A DNA stretch of 63,988 bases, counting the filler, from Ministeria vibrans ATCC 50519 (Eukaryota > Protista > Filasterea), in assembly GCA_943704425.1 (NCBI GenBank). It is 13 parts of 13 records of this genome, joined end to end, with 100 filler letters (N's around TTAATTAATTAA, not from the genome) between each part and the next. Parts side by side here need not be neighbours in the genome. Positions count along the whole stretch, not along the records: positions 58,537 to 60,902 come from CALSCP010000661.1; positions 61,003 to 63,988 come from CALSCP010002610.1; 11 more parts are not named here. The stretch is one strand, 5' to 3'. Position numbers and translations under genes: made by a program. The notes beneath the pieces were generated by a model that made no database searches, was not told where the DNA came from, and saw nothing but the letters and a program-made list of their open reading frames with translations. Shown here in pieces: positions 59,852 through 63,988 of this stretch. The stretch's first letter is position 1, and every line of letters starts with the position of its first letter.

Positions 59852-60389
59852 CAATTGATATTAAATAAAACGCTTCCAAAAAAGTGGATGAGAATTTGTG
59901 TTTCAATGTCACGCGAAGATACAAGGGTCGGGGCGGGGAGTCCTCCGCTCCACTGTCACTCTCACAAGAACAATCATTTATAACGCAATTAATGCAATTT
60001 ATTGCCTTGAAATAGTTGCGTCCACAAACGTGGCATATTCGGTTCTATTAGGATGCCTTTGGGAGGAACTCTGCTCATCAATAAAAGAATAAGAAAAGGA
60101 AACTGAAGTTCTTCTTTCACTTTTTTGGGCCATTATCACTTACTCCGTTACTCGGGTCTCAGAAGTCAGGCAGACAACCAATCGACAATTTTTCATCAAG
60201 TCTAAATGATCAGAGTATACAGAGAAGACGGGGTGTCAGCGGAGTGTCAGCGGAGTGTCAGCTTGACGACTAAAAAACACACGTCTTTCTTCAATCGAAG
60301 ACCGTTGGCTGCTTGTGAAATGTGACAAAACCATACCCAGGTCACAGATGCTTTCCAGAATGTGCTGAGAATGAGCGGTGGCAGTGTTA

Positions 60390-60458
<69 letters not shown>

Positions 60459-60607
60459 AATAATTATTATCAATTATTTTTAAGCTTCCAACAAAAATTT
60501 CCCCTGTCACTTTGAATCAAATTAAAGTCTTCCACTGATTTTCCAGTTCAAACAGATCATTGTATAAGTGTATTGCAATAACCTATAATACTTCACCTCA
60601 CAAAATA

Positions 60608-60902
60608 TCAAAATTTATACCAACGTTTACGGGGTTTTTGGCGCTGATATATAACCTCGATGATTGGTGGGGGAGGTTTGGCCGCCTCTTCAATATTCGT
60701 GTTCAACTGCGCCTTCTTTGCCGTCTGCGCGTTTGTAGAGGCGAGCTTTTGTTGGGCTTTAGCAGCCGCGGCTTTTTTCGCCTGCGCCTTGACTTGACGC
60801 TCTTGCTCCGTTGCTTTTTCCTCCTTGCGTTTCTTCTCCAGATCTGCCGCCTCCCTGCGGTCTTGTTCCGCCTTTTCCCGGCGTGCTGCCTCCTCCAGCT
60901 CG
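60608..60902 (-). CDS. C-terminus of a charged coiled-coil protein (hypothetical)
   Basis: Open frame ELEEAARREKAEQDRR...PPPPIIEVIYQRQKPRKRWYKF*. Confidence 0.55.
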
Positions 60903-61002
60903 NNNNNNNNNNNNNNNNNNNNNNNNNNNNNNNNNNNNNNNNNNNNTTAATTAATTAANNNNNNNNNNNNNNNNNNNNNNNNNNNNNNNNNNNNNNNNNN
61001 NN

Positions 61003-61176
<174 letters not shown>

Positions 61177-61242
61177 TAATAATAAATTAATAATAATTAT
61201 TATTATAATTATTTTTTAATTTTTTGTGTGTGTTTTCTTGTA

Positions 61243-63055
61243 GGACGTAGAGTCTTCGCAGACACCCGTGCACGAAACGCCTTTGGTAGATACCATGACA
61301 ATGCCTTTACTGAGCGCAGACTCGAATGCGACAGACGACGAGGAAGAGAGCACGGACGACGAGGAGTACCGCCCCAAGACACCCGTGGTGGAGCGACTGA
61401 ACGTGAGCGGGGGCTCACGTCGGCGACTGGTGCGCTCAGGGACGTCGGCGGGACAGACACAGGTGATGGGACTCAGCGTCAACGTGTCGTCGAGTGCGTT
61501 GAATGTGTACCTGTCGGATGGGACGGTGCGAGTGGACGCAGCCAATCGTCTGCCTAATCACATTGGCCTGCGAGTGCCCCTCTTTTGCAAAGGTGACACG
61601 GACGCGTCGGGTCGATCCGAGCCGCTTATCGACAACGTTTATGCGGAGTTGTGGCCATCGGCGATGATTGGTCTGCTATCGGCACCGCAGTTTGTACTGC
61701 CACAGGCGCATTTGCCGGTCGTCGTGGCGCTGGTGCAGCAGCAGACACAGCCCCAGTACCGACTGAACAAGGCGGACCGGACGCTCTATGCCGAAGCGAT
61801 GCCTCAGCTTGCTCCACTGTTTGCCTCCGACGTGGACGTGCAGCAGGTTCTTAACCGTGTGCCCAAGGTCCAGACCTTTTTGCGGTTCCAGAGCAACCGC
61901 ATTGTGACGCTGGCGAACAACTTTTCGCAGACGGCCGTGCATACCAATGATCAGCTGAAGCGCAGCACCGCGATACTGAGCGACCTCACACTGCGCTTGT
62001 ATAAACTGCGCATGCGTGTATCACCCTTTTCGCAGCAGTCGGAGCATGCGTCGAGCGACGCGGCCCTCTCGTCCAAGAGCAGCAGTCTTGCTGACACAGT
62101 GCCACCCGCGGCCACGCTCGCCAAAGAGACGCTCGCCGAGGCACTCGCCGACCCGGCCGTCTCGAGTGCGATGGCGGCGGCAGCGGCTGCCGTGCCAGTG
62201 CCGACGACCATGGCTCCACAGCCGCACCGCCACCGCCTTGCCATAGCATATGCGACCATTGTCGCCTGTGTCGAACACGAGTCCCACAAGCGCGGTCTTT
62301 TCTCCAAGATCACTTTGGAAAATTGTTTTGAACCGGGCGAGGTATGAAGTGACTTGTTCTTCTTTACTTTTGTGCTGTGTGACTGGAGTGTGACTCACTC
62401 GTGTCATATTGATTTTGAATAGGCAATTGTGGCCCTGAAGGCGACGAATACGGCGACGACGACGGAGCATGCGATATCATTGCTGGAAAAGATGAAGGAG
62501 CGAGGATGGATTGCGCCGGTGACGAAGAGTATTGACTTTGCGGACGACAAGAGCGTGTACCAGTTCATTACGAAGCCAACGGCGGAGGCGGCGACGGTCG
62601 GGGTACCCGAGGGGCTGGCGGAGGTTGAGAAGGCGCTTGCGGGGGTGCGGAAGACGCTGGACGGCGTGGCGCACGACGGGGCGCTGGTGCTGCGGACGTC
62701 GGCGTGGGAGCGATCGCTGTCGCACGAGTGGGTCTCGGCGGCTCTGTGCCAGACGCAGGAGGTTGTATCGCAGCTGCACGAGGCGTACGAGAGCCGCCTG
62801 CATGTGCTGCGGCGCGAGAATGCGACGCTCAAGGAGATGGTTGCGGCGACGGGCCAGGAGCTGACTGTGACGCGCGGACATGCCGTTTCCGCTGAGTCCA
62901 TTGCAGTGGACGCGACGGAGAGTGCACGGCTGCGCATTGTGGCCGATGCGCTTGTCGCAGGGCACACTGAGCATCTCGACTGGTCCGTCCTGGGGCCAAT
63001 GGTGCTATTCTGGGGCGTCTTCTGTGTCTCCGTTGCCATTATCATGGGAATGTAG
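61243..63055 (+). CDS. Hypothetical protein with C-terminal coiled-coil and tail-anchor TM, 5' truncated
   Basis: ORFs of 359 aa and 208 aa joined by an intron (62342-62423); C-terminal MVLFWGVFCVSVAIIMGM. Confidence 0.65.
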
Positions 63056-63078
63056 TGCTAACTTATTCTATTATTTTT

Positions 63079-63162
63079 ATTGAGTACAGCTCTTGATTCT
63101 CTATTTACTTTCTTATATTAAGAAAAATATAATAATATACAGAATTAAGAGCTGTACTCAAT
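63079..63162. repeat. 22-bp inverted repeat with an inner hairpin
   Basis: ATTGAGTACAGCTCTTGATTCT / AGAATTAAGAGCTGTACTCAAT. Confidence 0.85.
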
Positions 63163-63268
63163 GTCAAAACAAGACTATATACAAAACAAAGAGCAGCACA
63201 ATACACTTCCTACTACTATTACATTTTGTGGGTTTTGAATGAAACACAGAAAATTATCTTATTATACA

Positions 63269-63961
63269 TTATTGGACGGCCAATCGCTCAATCTCTTTGA
63301 CTGCGTCCTCGGGCGCCTTAAGCGACAGCATCAGAGCAAGCAAGTCCGCATCGGCTGCCCAGTCTACGCCACTCGAGACCACCAGCAGCTGCAGGACGTG
63401 ACGCAGAATGGCATTGCGCTCGACCTGCCGTCGCAGTTGCAGTCCCTGTGCATGTATTGCCGTCGACGGCGCCCCTCGTAGTCTCTCTATTGCCTCTTTC
63501 CGTTGTGCGATCTGGTCCATGAGATCTTGGTTTCGCTCGCGTAGCGCCGCCGCCTGCTGGCGTTTGTGACGCAGTCGTTCCTGATTGGAACTTGAAGCGT
63601 TGAACAGACGCAAAAACTCGTCGGTGTACGCGTCGCGTTGCAGACACGCAGCGCGAATCTGGTCGTCGAGGACCGACGGCACATCCTCAACAGTGTCATT
63701 GTCGTCCTCGACAGCCCCTGTGGCAGCAGCAGCGGCCGCCGAAACCGTCTTGGACCAGCCAGGAAAGTGCACATTCAACAGGGCAACATTGCGCTCGAGG
63801 CGCTCCACCAGCAGCTCATTGCGCATCTGCAGCGACGCGTCGTTGTACAGCCGCTCTTGCAGCTCCGTAATCGCGTCCAGCAGTGGCCCGTCCCCATTGC
63901 CGTCGTTCCCGTCCCCGTCCCCATCGTCGTCATTCTCATCACTCGCTAAAAATGTTTCCAT
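63269..63961 (-). CDS. CENPH: Centromere protein H-like (CENP-H/Fta3), single exon
   Basis: Coiled-coil followed by ILRHVLQLLVVSSGVDWAADADLLALML, the CENP-H C-terminal signature. Confidence 0.75.
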   Translation of the reverse strand: METFLASDENDDDGDGDGNDGNGDGPLLDAITELQERLYNDASLQMRNELLVERLERNVALLNVHFPGWSKTVSAAAAAATGAVEDDNDTVEDVPSVLDDQIRAACLQRDAYTDEFLRLFNASSSNQERLRHKRQQAAALRERNQDLMDQIAQRKEAIERLRGAPSTAIHAQGLQLRRQVERNAILRHVLQLLVVSSGVDWAADADLLALMLSLKAPEDAVKEIERLAVQ

Positions 63962-63988
63962 TGTGTTTCGTTTCTGTTTTTTTTTTTT

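Noticed and set aside
60232-60262. GTGTCAGCGGA x3
   Set aside because: Tiny local tandem duplication with no other support.

Overview
Eukaryotic, intron-rich genomic DNA. It is not one locus: 13 contigs are joined by 12 artificial 100-nt spacers (N44-TTAATTAATTAA-N44), and many contig ends fall in microsatellites, so neighbourhood across spacers is meaningless. Gene content (Galpha-s, ALDH1L-type ALDH, SLC38A9, a Tec-type PH-Btk domain fused to an IRS/DOK PTB, a Kelch/EGF receptor kinase, a CPLANE1-like N-terminus, CENP-H), compact intergenic regions and short microsatellite-laden introns point to a unicellular holozoan, possibly choanoflagellate-like (inference). Housekeeping genes recognised from motifs: XPO1, ORC3, PSMD8, TEX261, mitochondrial HSP70, SNRNP200/BRR2, CCT8, Rab GDI, COPB2, EIF3M and a ChAPs/exomer protein. 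The best candidate for a novel system is a Roc-COR (ROCO) GTPase gene whose WD40 propeller is built from consecutive 126-nt, phase-2/phase-2 exons. Each exon encodes exactly one 42-aa HET-E-like repeat, and the intron sits inside the variable surface loop, as expected for a shuffling, immune-type receptor. Other notable items: a ~150-nt structured poly(A) retroposon family (one copy with a 13-bp TSD nested in a decayed RNase H LINE), an intron-containing bacterial-like GHKL/MORC ATPase, a tandem SET-SET gene, tandem amplification of the ORC3 stop codon/3' UTR, a dispersed intronic minisatellite family and several hairpins. All protein identities come from motif recognition by eye, not from database searches.
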